From NCBI GenBank assembly GCA_040757835.1, contig JBFLWJ010000002.1, forward strand, positions 127,498 to 191,497: DNA of 64,000 bases. Direction: 5' to 3'. The position numbers and the translations under genes were made by a program. This document shows, in pieces, positions 10,224 to 19,230 of this stretch. How positions within the stretch are numbered: the stretch's first letter is position 1; the number at the start of each line of letters is the position of its first letter. A model generated the notes under the pieces. That model saw nothing but the letters and a program-made list of their open reading frames with translations, was not told where the DNA came from and made no database searches. The DNA comes from Actinomycetota bacterium (lineage in GTDB: Bacteria; Actinomycetota; Geothermincolia; Geothermincolales; RBG-13-55-18).

Positions 10224-10667
10224 ATGACAAAGCCCGTTTACTGCGTGCGCAAGCGTTCCGACCTCACAGACGAGGAGTTCCACGACTACTGGCTCAACCA
10301 GCACGGGCCGCTGGTTGTCAGGCTGGCACCCGTGATGCAGCTCAAACGCTACGTGCAGAGCCACACCATGACCCTGGATCTGCACGAGATCGTCAAGGCG
10401 ACGCGCGCACTGAAGGACCACTACGACGGCCTGGCCGAGCTGTGGCGGGAGGACATCGACACTTTCATCGGCGCCTATAGCAGCCCGGAGGGCATGGATG
10501 CCGACGCCGCACTGCGCGAGGACGAGGCCAAGTTCATCGATTTTTCCGACTGGTTCCCCTGCCCCGCCGGAAACGGCAGCCGGGCCTTGCGGGCCTGGAT
10601 CTCCCCCAGGCGGCCGCGGCCGCACGCTCAATTTCAATACAAAAAGAGTCCGGAAGAGCCCCCCTAG
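10224..10667 (+). CDS. EthD-like (dimeric alpha/beta-barrel) protein, low-complexity C-terminal tail
   Basis: First ~100 aa resemble the EthD/stress-responsive ferredoxin-like fold. Pro/Arg-rich tail may be spurious read-through. Only plus-strand gene in this stretch, next to a transposase remnant. Confidence 0.35.
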   Translation: MTKPVYCVRKRSDLTDEEFHDYWLNQHGPLVVRLAPVMQLKRYVQSHTMTLDLHEIVKATRALKDHYDGLAELWREDIDTFIGAYSSPEGMDADAALREDEAKFIDFSDWFPCPAGNGSRALRAWISPRRPRPHAQFQYKKSPEEPP

Positions 10668-10674
10668 TATATAT

Positions 10675-11019
10675 TCATAACTTCCCCTTCTCCTGCCGTC
10701 GCAGGTAAAGGGTGAAAAGGTGAACCGCCCCGCGCTCCCGGTAATACCTTCTCTTTATCCTCAGCACGCCGAGGCGGGTGAGCACGGTGCGCTCCCGCAC
10801 CCCCAGGTGGCGCAGGCTTTCTGCTCTCGACTTCATGAGCTCTGCATCCACGTGTTCCAGTATCCCCCGCAGGACCTTTCTGCCCACCTCGAACAGCTCT
10901 TTTATCAGCCCGTCCTCCAGATCGTTGAAATCATCGTTCTCTTCCACTAACCTTGAGATAAGCTGAGACAGATCTGACATGTGAGAGATCACTCCTTTCT
11001 CCTGTTTGTTTTGCTTCAC
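10675..11019 (-). pseudogene. ISLre2 (UPF0236)-family transposase, N-terminal fragment only
   Basis: 114 aa. 'RERTVLTRLGVLRIKRRYYRERGAVHLF…L' matches the conserved 'RxRTxKTLLGEIxLxRRxYxDxxTGExxFLLDE' N-terminal block of ISLre2 transposases. Catalytic domain is absent. Locally reduced GC. Confidence 0.4.
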
Positions 11020-11177
11020 TCAGGAATAATTGAGTGGTCTCTCCTCTTTTTCCTTCTCAGACCTGCCTACAAAAGAATTACAGCAACTTAAGTAACGGTA
11101 AGGGCTGTGCTCCGCACTATGCCAGATACGGTTTACTTCGCAGTGGCACGGTCCAGGGGTAGACCCCGATAGGGACG

Positions 11178-12065
11178 CTAGATCTTGAAGATGAAGTAGC
11201 GCAGGAAGTAATAGGTGACGGCGGCGGTGAAGAACATGGAGTCGAAGCGGTCCATGATGCCGCCGTGTCCGGGTATGAGCGAGGACATGTCCTTGATGCC
11301 CAGCTCCCGCTTGACCGTGGACTCGGAGAGGTCGCCCAGGGGGGCGAATACGCACACGATCGCCGCCAGCTCCATGGCCACGCCCAGGCTGAGCCAGTCG
11401 CGGTTGACGGTGAGGTAGAGCACGCAGGCCGCTATGAACACCGCTGCCGTCCCCGCGATGAAGCCCTCCCAGCTCTTGCCGGGGCTGATGCGCGGCGCCA
11501 TCTTGTGCCTGCCCAGGGCCGACCCGGCCAGGTAGGCCACGGCGTCGGAGACCCATACCAGGACGATGACCGTGAAGGGCACCGTCCAGGGGATGCCCTG
11601 GTCGAGGCCCAGCATGAGCACGAAATGGGCCAGGCAGAAGCCGACCATGACCACCCCCAGCAGCGACACCGAGATGTCCGTGGTGGGGGATTCCGATCCC
11701 CGGCGGAAGATGCACCAGGCGAAGAGCACCGGTACGTAGAGGGCCAGCGCCAGGGACATGGGTGCCAGGTCCTGGGAATCGCGCAAAAAGAAGGCGATGA
11801 CCGGAAATGCGCTGCCCACGGCCATGGACAGCACCATGGCCGGCTTGTAGTCGTGCTTGGAGAAGGTGGAGTAAAACTCCCACAACCCTCCGAAGGCGAT
11901 GAGGGCGATGCCCACGGTGAAGGGGATCTCGCCCCACCACAACAGGATGACGATGATCAGCACCAGGACGACCGCGCTCACCACGCGTATCGCGAAACCC
12001 GCGAAACGGGAAGCCAGCGAGGACCTGTTGCCGCCGCCGGGTCCGTTCATCTCCTCCGCCGCCAA
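11178..12065 (-). CDS. cdsA: phosphatidate cytidylyltransferase
   Basis: Multi-TM protein with C-terminal CdsA signature 'PGHGGIMDRFDS'. Confidence 0.85.
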   Translation of the reverse strand: MAAEEMNGPGGGNRSSLASRFAGFAIRVVSAVVLVLIIVILLWWGEIPFTVGIALIAFGGLWEFYSTFSKHDYKPAMVLSMAVGSAFPVIAFFLRDSQDLAPMSLALALYVPVLFAWCIFRRGSESPTTDISVSLLGVVMVGFCLAHFVLMLGLDQGIPWTVPFTVIVLVWVSDAVAYLAGSALGRHKMAPRISPGKSWEGFIAGTAAVFIAACVLYLTVNRDWLSLGVAMELAAIVCVFAPLGDLSESTVKRELGIKDMSSLIPGHGGIMDRFDSMFFTAAVTYYFLRYFIFKI

Positions 12066-12066
12066 A

Positions 12067-12624
12067 TCAGACCTCCATCAGTTCCTTCTCCTTGACCTTG
12101 AGCATGTCGTCGGTCTCGGAGATGAAGCGGTCGGTGAGCTTCTGTACCTCCTCCTGGCCGCGGTGGAGGTCGTCCTTGGTTATCTCGTGCTCCTTCTCGA
12201 AGGCCCGTAGGTCCTCGATGACGTCCCGGCGTACGTTGCGGATGGCTACTCTGCCCTCCTCCGCCTTGGCGCGCACCGACTTGGTCATCTCCTTGCGGCG
12301 CTCCTCGGTGAGCTTGGGGATGGGCAAGCGGATGACGTTGCCGTCGCTGACCGGGTTAACGCCCAGGTCCGCCTGGTGGATGGCCTTCTCCACGTCCTCG
12401 ATGACGCTCTTGTCGTAGGGAGAGACCACCAGCAGGGTCGGCTCCGGGACCGCGATGGAAGCGATCTGGTTGAGCGGCGTCGGAGCCCCGTAGTAGTTCA
12501 CCGACACGCGGTTCAGGAGCGAGGCGCTGGCCCTCCCGGTGCGGACCGAGGCGAAGTCGTCGCGCACGTGCTCCACCGCCTTCTTCATGCGCCTTTCCGC
12601 ATCCTGGAGTAGGTCGTCTAGCAC
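12067..12624 (-). CDS. frr: ribosome recycling factor
   Basis: 185 aa, full-length RRF similarity. Confidence 0.9.
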   Translation of the reverse strand: MLDDLLQDAERRMKKAVEHVRDDFASVRTGRASASLLNRVSVNYYGAPTPLNQIASIAVPEPTLLVVSPYDKSVIEDVEKAIHQADLGVNPVSDGNVIRLPIPKLTEERRKEMTKSVRAKAEEGRVAIRNVRRDVIEDLRAFEKEHEITKDDLHRGQEEVQKLTDRFISETDDMLKVKEKELMEV

Positions 12625-12627
12625 CGC

Positions 12628-13377
12628 TTATCCCCCTTCCCTCAAGTCCGACGCCACTATGGTTCCGATCCTCTCCCCGCAAAGCGCCCGGGTGATGTTC
12701 CCGGGAACGGTCATGTTGAAGACGATGATGGGGAGGCAGTTGTCCATGCACAGGGAGACCGCGGTGGCGTCCATCACCCGCAGCCCCTGCTGCAGGACCT
12801 CGATGTAGTCAAGTGATGTATACATGACCGCCTCCGGGTTGAGCAGGGGGTCGGAATCGAAGACGCCGTCCACCCTCGTCGCCTTGAGGATGGCCTCGGC
12901 GCCGATCTCCAGGGCGCGCAGGGCGGCGGTAGTGTCGGTCGTGAAATAGGGGTTCCCGGTGCCCGCCGCGAAGATCACGATGCGCCCCTTCTCCAGATGG
13001 CGGATGGCGCGGCGCCTGATGTACGGCTCTGCGATGGACTGCATCTCGATGGCCGACTGCACCCGCGTGAACACGCCCTTCTTCTCCAGGGCGTCCTGGA
13101 GGGCCAGGGCGTTCATCACCGTGGCCAGCATCCCCACGTAGTCCGCCGCCGCGCGGTCCATGCCCCGGGCGCTCGCGGCCATGCCACGGAAGATATTGCC
13201 TCCCCCCACCACGATGGCCGTCTGCACTCCGAGGTCGTTGACGGCGACGAGTTCGTCTGCTATGACGTTCACCGTCCCGGGGTCGATACCGAAATCGCGT
13301 CCGCCCATGAAAGCCTCGCCGCTGAGCTTTATCAGGGCCCGTTTGAAACGGGGCCGGGCTTCCCGGTGGTCCGCCAT
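12628..13377 (-). CDS. pyrH: UMP kinase
   Basis: '[10 protein letters not shown]…' amino-acid kinase fold. TAA stop codon. Start trimmed to the internal Met (track ORF to 13407). Confidence 0.9.
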   Translation of the reverse strand: MADHREARPRFKRALIKLSGEAFMGGRDFGIDPGTVNVIADELVAVNDLGVQTAIVVGGGNIFRGMAASARGMDRAAADYVGMLATVMNALALQDALEKKGVFTRVQSAIEMQSIAEPYIRRRAIRHLEKGRIVIFAAGTGNPYFTTDTTAALRALEIGAEAILKATRVDGVFDSDPLLNPEAVMYTSLDYIEVLQQGLRVMDATAVSLCMDNCLPIIVFNMTVPGNITRALCGERIGTIVASDLREGG

Positions 13378-13501
13378 TCCTATTCCCCCTTTCAGCCCCT
13401 CGAACACGCCGCTGTCTCGCCTTAGAATTCTATTCCCCGCCCGCCGTCACCTTCCAGACCGCGCACTTACACGGTCCGTATGGCCGGCACGCCGACGTGT
13501 T

Positions 13502-14107
13502 CTACTCTCCGGTGGACTCTCCCACCTGGAAGCGCGCGAAACGTTTCACCACCACGTTCTCTCCCACCGCGGCTATGGTACGCTTAACGAGTTCCCCGAT
13601 GGTGATATCGGGATCCTTGACGAAGGGCTGGTCTAGGAGGCAGACCTCCTCGTAGTACTTCTTCATGCGCCCCTCGACTATCTTGTCGACCACATTCTCC
13701 GGCTTGCCCTCCTTGAGGGCGCGGCTGCGGTTGATCTCCCTCTCCTCCGCCAGCACCTCCTCGGGCACTTCATCGGCGGACACGTAGAGCGGCTTGGAGG
13801 CCGCGATATGCATGGCGATATCGTGCACCATGGCCCGGAAGTCCTCGTTACGGGCGACGAAATCGGTCTCGCAGTTCACCTCCAGCAGCACCCCGATGCG
13901 GTTGTTGAGGTGGATATAGGCGTCGATTATGCCGTCGGCCGCTATGCGCCCGGCCTTCTTCTGCGCGCCCGCGAGACCCTTCTCGCGCAGGATGCGCACG
14001 GCCTTTTCCGAGTCGCCGCCGGACTCCTGCAGTGCCTGCTTGCAGTCCATTATACCGGCTCCGGTGGTCTCCCTCAGTTCTTTGACCTGTGCCGCGTTGA
14101 TCTCCAT
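13502..14107 (-). CDS. tsf: elongation factor Ts
   Basis: N-terminal UBA-like '[19 protein letters not shown]' EF-Ts signature. Confidence 0.9.
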   Translation of the reverse strand: MEINAAQVKELRETTGAGIMDCKQALQESGGDSEKAVRILREKGLAGAQKKAGRIAADGIIDAYIHLNNRIGVLLEVNCETDFVARNEDFRAMVHDIAMHIAASKPLYVSADEVPEEVLAEEREINRSRALKEGKPENVVDKIVEGRMKKYYEEVCLLDQPFVKDPDITIGELVKRTIAAVGENVVVKRFARFQVGESTGE

Positions 14108-14149
14108 CTCTCCTCCTTGATAAAAGCTATGGGGAAAGAGTCGTGGGGA

Positions 14150-14983
14150 TCAGTCCCCCACCGGCTCCTCTATCTCTTCCTTGTCCTTGGGCTTCTCTGC
14201 CTTCTCCGCCTTCTCGGCCTTCTCTCTCTCTTTCTCGGCCGCCGCCGCTGCCTTTGCCGCCGCTTCTTCCTCCTTTAGGCGGCGAGCCTGCAGGGCGTCC
14301 CGGATCTGGAACCCTTCCAGGACCGCGTTGGCGATGATCTTGCTGATGAGGTTGGCGGCCCGGATGGCGTCGTCGTTCCCGGGGATGACGAAGTCCACCA
14401 GGTCCGGGTCGCAGTTGGTGTCGACCACGGCGATCACCGGTATCTCTAGCTTGCGGGCCTCCATGAGCGCGATGTTCTCCTTGCGGGGGTCGATGATGAA
14501 GACGGCGCTGGGGAGCCTGTCCATGTTGCGCAGCCCCTCGAGGTTGCGGCGCAGCTTGATCAGGCGGTGGCGCACCCGGCTCTCCTGTTTCTTGGGCATG
14601 TTCTCCAGCTCGCCCGACGCCTCCATCTCCTCCAGCTCCTTGAGCTTCTCGATGCGCTTGCTGATGGTCGCCCAGTTGGTGAGGGTGCCGCCGAGCCAGC
14701 GGTTGGTGACGTAGGGCATGCCGCAGCGCATGGCGTTCTCCTTGATGGCCTCCTGGGACTGCTTCTTCGTCCCCACGAAGAGCAGCGAGCCGCCATTTCC
14801 CACCGTCTCGCGGATGAAGTTGTAGGATACCTCGATGAGTGCCAGGGTCTGCTGCAGGTCGATGATGTAGATGCCGTTGCGCTCGGTGAAGATGTACTTC
14901 TCCATCTTGGGGTTCCATCTCCGGGTCTGGTGTCCGAAGTGGACCCCCGCTTCGAGCAGGTGCTTCATGGATACGACGGTCAT
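14150..14983 (-). CDS. rpsB: 30S ribosomal protein S2
   Basis: '[20 protein letters not shown]' S2 signature. C-terminal EKAEKAEK low-complexity tail. Confidence 0.9.
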   Translation of the reverse strand: MTVVSMKHLLEAGVHFGHQTRRWNPKMEKYIFTERNGIYIIDLQQTLALIEVSYNFIRETVGNGGSLLFVGTKKQSQEAIKENAMRCGMPYVTNRWLGGTLTNWATISKRIEKLKELEEMEASGELENMPKKQESRVRHRLIKLRRNLEGLRNMDRLPSAVFIIDPRKENIALMEARKLEIPVIAVVDTNCDPDLVDFVIPGNDDAIRAANLISKIIANAVLEGFQIRDALQARRLKEEEAAAKAAAAAEKEREKAEKAEKAEKPKDKEEIEEPVGD

Positions 14984-15315
14984 GTCTCCTCCTTGGTTTT
15001 TCCTCCGCCCGCCTCATCCCCCCTCCCTACCCCCGTGGGGGCACCCGGGGAGAGGGTCCGCGGGCGTGTGTAATACTGGCAACAGCGCCAGTTGAATATA
15101 GTAGCACGTGAGCTTTTACGCGGGCAACCGGCTTCTCGCGCGGCGCGGTTCTCCCCGGCAGGTTGCAGGTGTGCTTAAGCTGCTTGTTGGCACGGGCCGG
15201 GATTGCCCCAAGGACCTGGGAGGGGTGATGTCTGCTGAGCCGATCTTCTGCAGGTCATCTGACCTACATTCCCCACCCTAAATCACGCTCAGAATAGCAT
15301 TTTCCCTTTCAGGAA

Positions 15316-15621
15316 TCAGCCCTTCTTCGACCCGCCGCTGCGCCGCAGCTTCGCCAGTTCGATCTCGAGAGCGACCCACCTCGAGGTGAGCTCCTTGAAT
15401 TTCTGATAGGTCTTGAGCTCACGCTTCACCCGGGCCACGTCAGCCGGCTTTATGTAGTTCGTATGACCTCTCCCTGAATGGCTGTAGCTGAGCTGCCAGT
15501 ATTCCTCTCCACGAGACCGCTTCTGCCTGGACAGGGAACCGGGGTGCATGCGCCCTAGCCCTGACAGGCTCTCCTTAATCCGCGTTATCTCGGCCTCGAT
15601 GTGTGCTTGACTCCTGCTCAT
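15316..15621 (-). CDS. small basic coiled-coil protein of unknown function, possibly mobile-element associated
   Basis: About 100 aa from the second Met (MSRSQAH…). Lower GC than the backbone. Located beside a transposase fragment. Upstream contains two TTGACA -35-like hexamers and an 8-bp inverted repeat GTTGTATC/GATACAAC. Confidence 0.3.
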   Translation of the reverse strand: MSRSQAHIEAEITRIKESLSGLGRMHPGSLSRQKRSRGEEYWQLSYSHSGRGHTNYIKPADVARVKRELKTYQKFKELTSRWVALEIELAKLRRSGGSKKG

Positions 15622-15623
15622 AG

Positions 15624-15845
15624 TTGTATCATTGTCAAGATACAACGGGTTGTCAACATTGTCATGCGAGGGAAGGGAGAGGTCTCTTGGACGACGAGGT
15701 ACGCGAGCTTCTCGCGAGCATCAGCGCGAGCCAGGCGGGGCACCTGCCGGTGGTGGCGGCCTTCCTCCGGAGGATAGGGCTTGCCAGGGCCGTGAACTCG
15801 GCGGTGCCCTCACAGTGTCAAGGGCAACGTAATTTGTCCTCTTAA
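15624..15845 (+). pseudogene. transposase N-terminal remnant (IS1634/IS4-like)
   Basis: 'LDDEVRELLASISASQAGHLPVVAAFLRRIGLARAVN' resembles the N-terminal 'G-L-P-V-V-A…LGL' block of IS1634-family transposases. Stops after about 60 aa. No catalytic domain downstream. Confidence 0.3.
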
Positions 15846-17156
15846 TGGCGAAATAATTTGTCCACTTTTTGGCGAAAACATCCGGCTGGCCAGCATTTCG
15901 TATGGTCCCTGCATGCCCAGGGTCAGTAGATCAAGCGTTACGTCCAGGCTCCCACTGCCGGGGATGTTCTCCACCTCGAGCACCTCTGTTGGCGTGTTGG
16001 GGTCCGCGACTGGATATATCGCGATGCTGCATGGGCCGGAGTCGGATATGCCTTTGTTGCTCACATGGAAGGTCACGGTGAGCGTGGAGCCCTCCGGGGG
16101 CTCGCCGTCCGAGAGTTCCACCCCGTCAATGCGGGGGCGGGGGCGGGCGGCTGTGAGCAGCAGGGCCGTCGCGGCCAGGTCTCCTGCGATGGAGCCGTCC
16201 TCGAGCTGGCGGCTGTATAGCCACGAGAGGGCAGCCGCCGTATCTGCAACCTCCTCCGAACACCATGTGAGAGTCTCCAGGGCAAGGGCCGTCTCATAGG
16301 GGGTAGAGTCCTGCTCTCCGAAGCCTCCATCCTCGTTCTGGTAGGTGGCTAGCTTGAGGGCCGCTTCGCCGCGCGCCGCCTCCAAGACATCGTCTATATC
16401 CATATCGCTGGCCGGAACCACCTGGTTTCGTAAGGATAGAGCCCTTAGGGCAAGGGCAGTGGCTGGAAGATCCGCGATACCTTACCGCCCCGATGAGAAT
16501 CCGCCGTCCTCGAGCTGGGAGGAAATGAGATACGTTATGGCTGCTTCCGCCTTATCCATCTCCTGCAGGGAGAGGAGGGCCGGATATGAGATAGCTGTGT
16601 CCAGGGGATTGCCTCTCTCACCGGGAGCCAGTGAGAGGCTTCCGTCTTCATGTCCACAAGCGGCGAGGAAGTCCCGTTCAACCTGGCTGGGGGTGGCCGG
16701 GTCACCCGCGAGTGCAATGCAGCAAGCTTTACGCGAGATGAAGTCCGAGTTCGCCGCCGTGCTGGAAGTGAGCCAGGCAAGGGCGCTGTTTAAAGCGTCC
16801 GCATCGCCTCCCTGCCACAACAGCCCTTCTGCGCACAGCGCCGTATCCCCCATAGCGAGGCGGCTCCCCCATGAACCGTCTTCGTTCTGCTGTGATTCCA
16901 CGAACTGCCTCGCCCTATCGATCATTGCGGGTACGTCGTCTCCGGAGGCGTTCGCGGCGGAACCGCCGTTGGCTATGAAGATGGAGAATGTGATAAAGGA
17001 GGATAGAAATATCAGTAACATGATAGTCTTCGCGGGTGACGCCTTCGAAACTACGCCCTTTGCCTTGAGCCCCATATGCCCTCCTTGGTACCCTGTAGCA
17101 GCCTCATACCCTGATTCAAAGAACGCCTCGAGGGTTATATCCCCAGATAAGAGCAA
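15810..17156 (-). pseudogene. secreted/surface protein with prenyltransferase/squalene-cyclase-like (alpha-alpha toroid) repeats and C-terminal CARDB-like domain, interrupted by in-frame TAA
   Basis: ORFs 16482..17156 and 15810..16421 are in the same frame. The intervening 60 nt are open; only a TAA at 16482-16484 separates them. N-terminal signal/TM segment, repeats 'QNEDGSWG'/'QNEDGGFG' (QxxDGxWG type), CARDB-like 'TLTVTFHVSNKG' beta domain. Confidence 0.5.
15830..15878. repeat. tandem direct repeat, 2 x ~24 bp (TAATTTGTCC-N6-TGGCGAAA)
   Basis: TAATTTGTCCTCTTAATGGCGAAA / TAATTTGTCCACTTTTTGGCGAAAA, read directly. Located at the junction of the transposase remnant and the 3' end of the surface-protein gene. 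Confidence 0.6.
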
Positions 17157-17269
17157 AGGCTAGTGCCGCAAGCCAAGATAGCGATGCCCTTGCTTTTAAG
17201 CCCTACCATACAATTTCGCATATTTTATCATTATAGGGGGGGGCGTACAACATGAACCAAAGCTATGGG

Positions 17270-17311
17270 AACGAAAAAGCGGGGAGCCGATATCGATCCG
17301 GGCCCCCCGCT
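17270..17311 (-). terminator. intrinsic terminator downstream of the sigma-factor gene
   Basis: Minus strand: AGCGGGG-(loop)-CCCCGCT followed by TTTTCGTT, 13 nt after the TAG stop. Confidence 0.5.
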
Positions 17312-17323
17312 ATCTTGAACCAG

Positions 17324-18145
17324 CTATACTTCGAGCGCTCCTTTTGCGCTGGTGAGCCTGCCCTTCAGGCGCAGGATGGCCTTGGTGTGCATCTGGCACA
17401 CCCGCGATTCGGTCACCCCCAGTACCTCCCCGATCTCCCGCAGGGTCAGTCCCTCGTAATAGTAGAGGCTGATGACGATCTTCTCGCGTTCCGGGAGGCG
17501 GTTGATGGCCTCCGCAAGGATCCTCTTCATCTCCTCTATCTCGTAGGTCTTGGAGGGGTCCTTCACCCGGGTGTCCTCCAGGGTGTCCACCAGGCTGACC
17601 TTGTCTCCCTTGTCTCCTCCCACGTTCCACAGCTCGTCCAGGGCTACCAGTGATATGAAACTCATCTGCTGCAGCAGCTGGTGGAACTCGTCCAGGGAGA
17701 TACACATGTGCTTGGCCACCTCCTCGTCGCTGGGGAGGCGTTTGAGCTCGTTCTCCAGGGCGACGTAGGCCTTCTCCAGCTCCCTGGCCTTGAAGCGGAT
17801 GGAGCGAGGCACCCAGTCGATGGAGCGCAACTCGTCGATGATGGCCCCCTTGATGCGGGCGATGGCGTAGGTCTCGAACTTTATCCCGCGGTCGGGGTCG
17901 TACTTCTCGATGGCGTCAATAAGGCCGAAAATGCCGTAACTGACCAGGTCCGCATATTCGATGTTCGGTGGGAGCCCCGAGGAAACCCTGCCCGCCACGT
18001 ACTTGACCAGCGGAGCGTAGTTGAGGATGAGCTTCTCGCGTGATTCTTGTGACCCATCTTCCTTGAATTGTTTCCAGATGGTGCTGACGTCCTCTATACC
18101 TTCCAACCTCGCTCCTCTTTTATAGAAGTCCGCTGTGCTCAACAT
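17324..18145 (-). CDS. fliA: RNA polymerase sigma factor, FliA/WhiG (sigma-28) family
   Basis: 273 aa. Sigma70 regions 2, 3 and 4 ('LVKYVA…', C-terminal HTH 'LTLREIGEVLGVTESRVCQMH') in sigma-28/WhiG style. WhiG sits near xerC in actinomycetes. Confidence 0.8.
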   Translation of the reverse strand: MLSTADFYKRGARLEGIEDVSTIWKQFKEDGSQESREKLILNYAPLVKYVAGRVSSGLPPNIEYADLVSYGIFGLIDAIEKYDPDRGIKFETYAIARIKGAIIDELRSIDWVPRSIRFKARELEKAYVALENELKRLPSDEEVAKHMCISLDEFHQLLQQMSFISLVALDELWNVGGDKGDKVSLVDTLEDTRVKDPSKTYEIEEMKRILAEAINRLPEREKIVISLYYYEGLTLREIGEVLGVTESRVCQMHTKAILRLKGRLTSAKGALEV

Positions 18146-18187
18146 TCTCCTTATCTCGGTTTAAAGATGCTGCTCTTTTGCCGAGCA

Positions 18188-19114
18188 TTACGCGCGGGGG
18201 TGGGTCCGGAAAAACACCTCTTTGAGCTGACCTTTGCTAAGATGAGTATATATCTGGGTAGTTGATAAATCAACGTGACCCAGCAGCTCCTGAACGGTTC
18301 TGAGGTCCGCTCCCCCCTGCAGCATATGGGTGGCGAAAGTATGGCGCAACGTGTGCGGGCTGATGCGTTTACCCCCTTCCAGACCGCGGAAAAAGCGGTC
18401 CACCACCCGGCGGACCCCACGGTCGCTGAGCCTACCCCCTTTCACGCTCAGGAAAACGGGGTCGCCTGCTTTCTCGCCCACCGTGTTGGAAGCCAGCACC
18501 GGCCTTTCCTTGGAGATGTACGACTCCAGCAGCTGCAGCGCGGTGTCGTGCACAGGCAGGACGCGCTCCTTTCGCCCCTTACCGAGAACCCTCACCTCCC
18601 CTCTCTTCAGATCGATGTCCTGCATATCCAGAGCGGCCAGCTCCCCTACGCGCATCCCCGTGGCGTAGAGCAGCTCGACTAGGGCCATGTCACGCAGCGA
18701 AGTGCGGTAGATGTGCAGACCCTGCCTGGTTTCCGCCTCGTCTATCTCCTCCTGACGCAGCACCCTGGGGAGCCTGCGGTCCCTTTGCGGCGGCGACAGT
18801 GCCGCCGCGGGATCGCTTTCCAGGTCTCCCCGCTGCACCAGGAAGCGGAAATAACCTCGTACCGCCGAGGACCTCCTCGCCACCGTGGAACGCGCATAAC
18901 CCCTGGTCTGAAGGTTGGCGAGGTAGCGCCGCAGCAGGCGGTGGTTAACGTCACCGGGTCTGGTGACCCCGGCGCGGTCGCAGAACTCCTCGAAGAGACG
19001 CAGATCACCCTGGTATGCGCGGAGGGTCTCGGGGGACATGTTTCGCTCCACCGCGAGAGACCTCAGGTACTCATCCATCGTCTCGTGCATTGATTTCCCC
19101 TCGGTACAGAGCAA
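18188..19114 (-). CDS. xerC: tyrosine recombinase XerC
   Basis: Catalytic R…HxxR…Y ('LRHTFATHML…', 'TQIYTH') and N-terminal SAM-like domain. Position upstream of dprA as in Actinobacteria. Start may be the Met at ~19090. Confidence 0.8.
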   Translation of the reverse strand: MLCTEGKSMHETMDEYLRSLAVERNMSPETLRAYQGDLRLFEEFCDRAGVTRPGDVNHRLLRRYLANLQTRGYARSTVARRSSAVRGYFRFLVQRGDLESDPAAALSPPQRDRRLPRVLRQEEIDEAETRQGLHIYRTSLRDMALVELLYATGMRVGELAALDMQDIDLKRGEVRVLGKGRKERVLPVHDTALQLLESYISKERPVLASNTVGEKAGDPVFLSVKGGRLSDRGVRRVVDRFFRGLEGGKRISPHTLRHTFATHMLQGGADLRTVQELLGHVDLSTTQIYTHLSKGQLKEVFFRTHPRA

Positions 19115-19133
19115 GCTGTTGAATTCTTATATA

Positions 19134-19161
19134 ATTTTATATTAAAAGTGCTTATTGTCAA
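19134..19161 (-). promoter_or_regulatory. candidate sigma70-type promoter for xerC (-35 TTGACA, 16-nt spacer, -10 TAAAAT)
   Basis: Read on the minus strand inside the AT-rich 19120-19210 gap. No experimental support. Confidence 0.3.
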
Positions 19162-19230
19162 TAGTTGAATTTATTGTGGTCAATATAATCTATTGTGGTT
19201 AAATTTACTTTTTCGGTAAGTGCGCGATTA

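Noticed and set aside
14150-14250. [11 protein letters not shown] repeat at the 3' end of rpsB
   Set aside because: Low-complexity acidic/lysine tails are common on S2 in high-GC Gram-positives. It is not a separate element.
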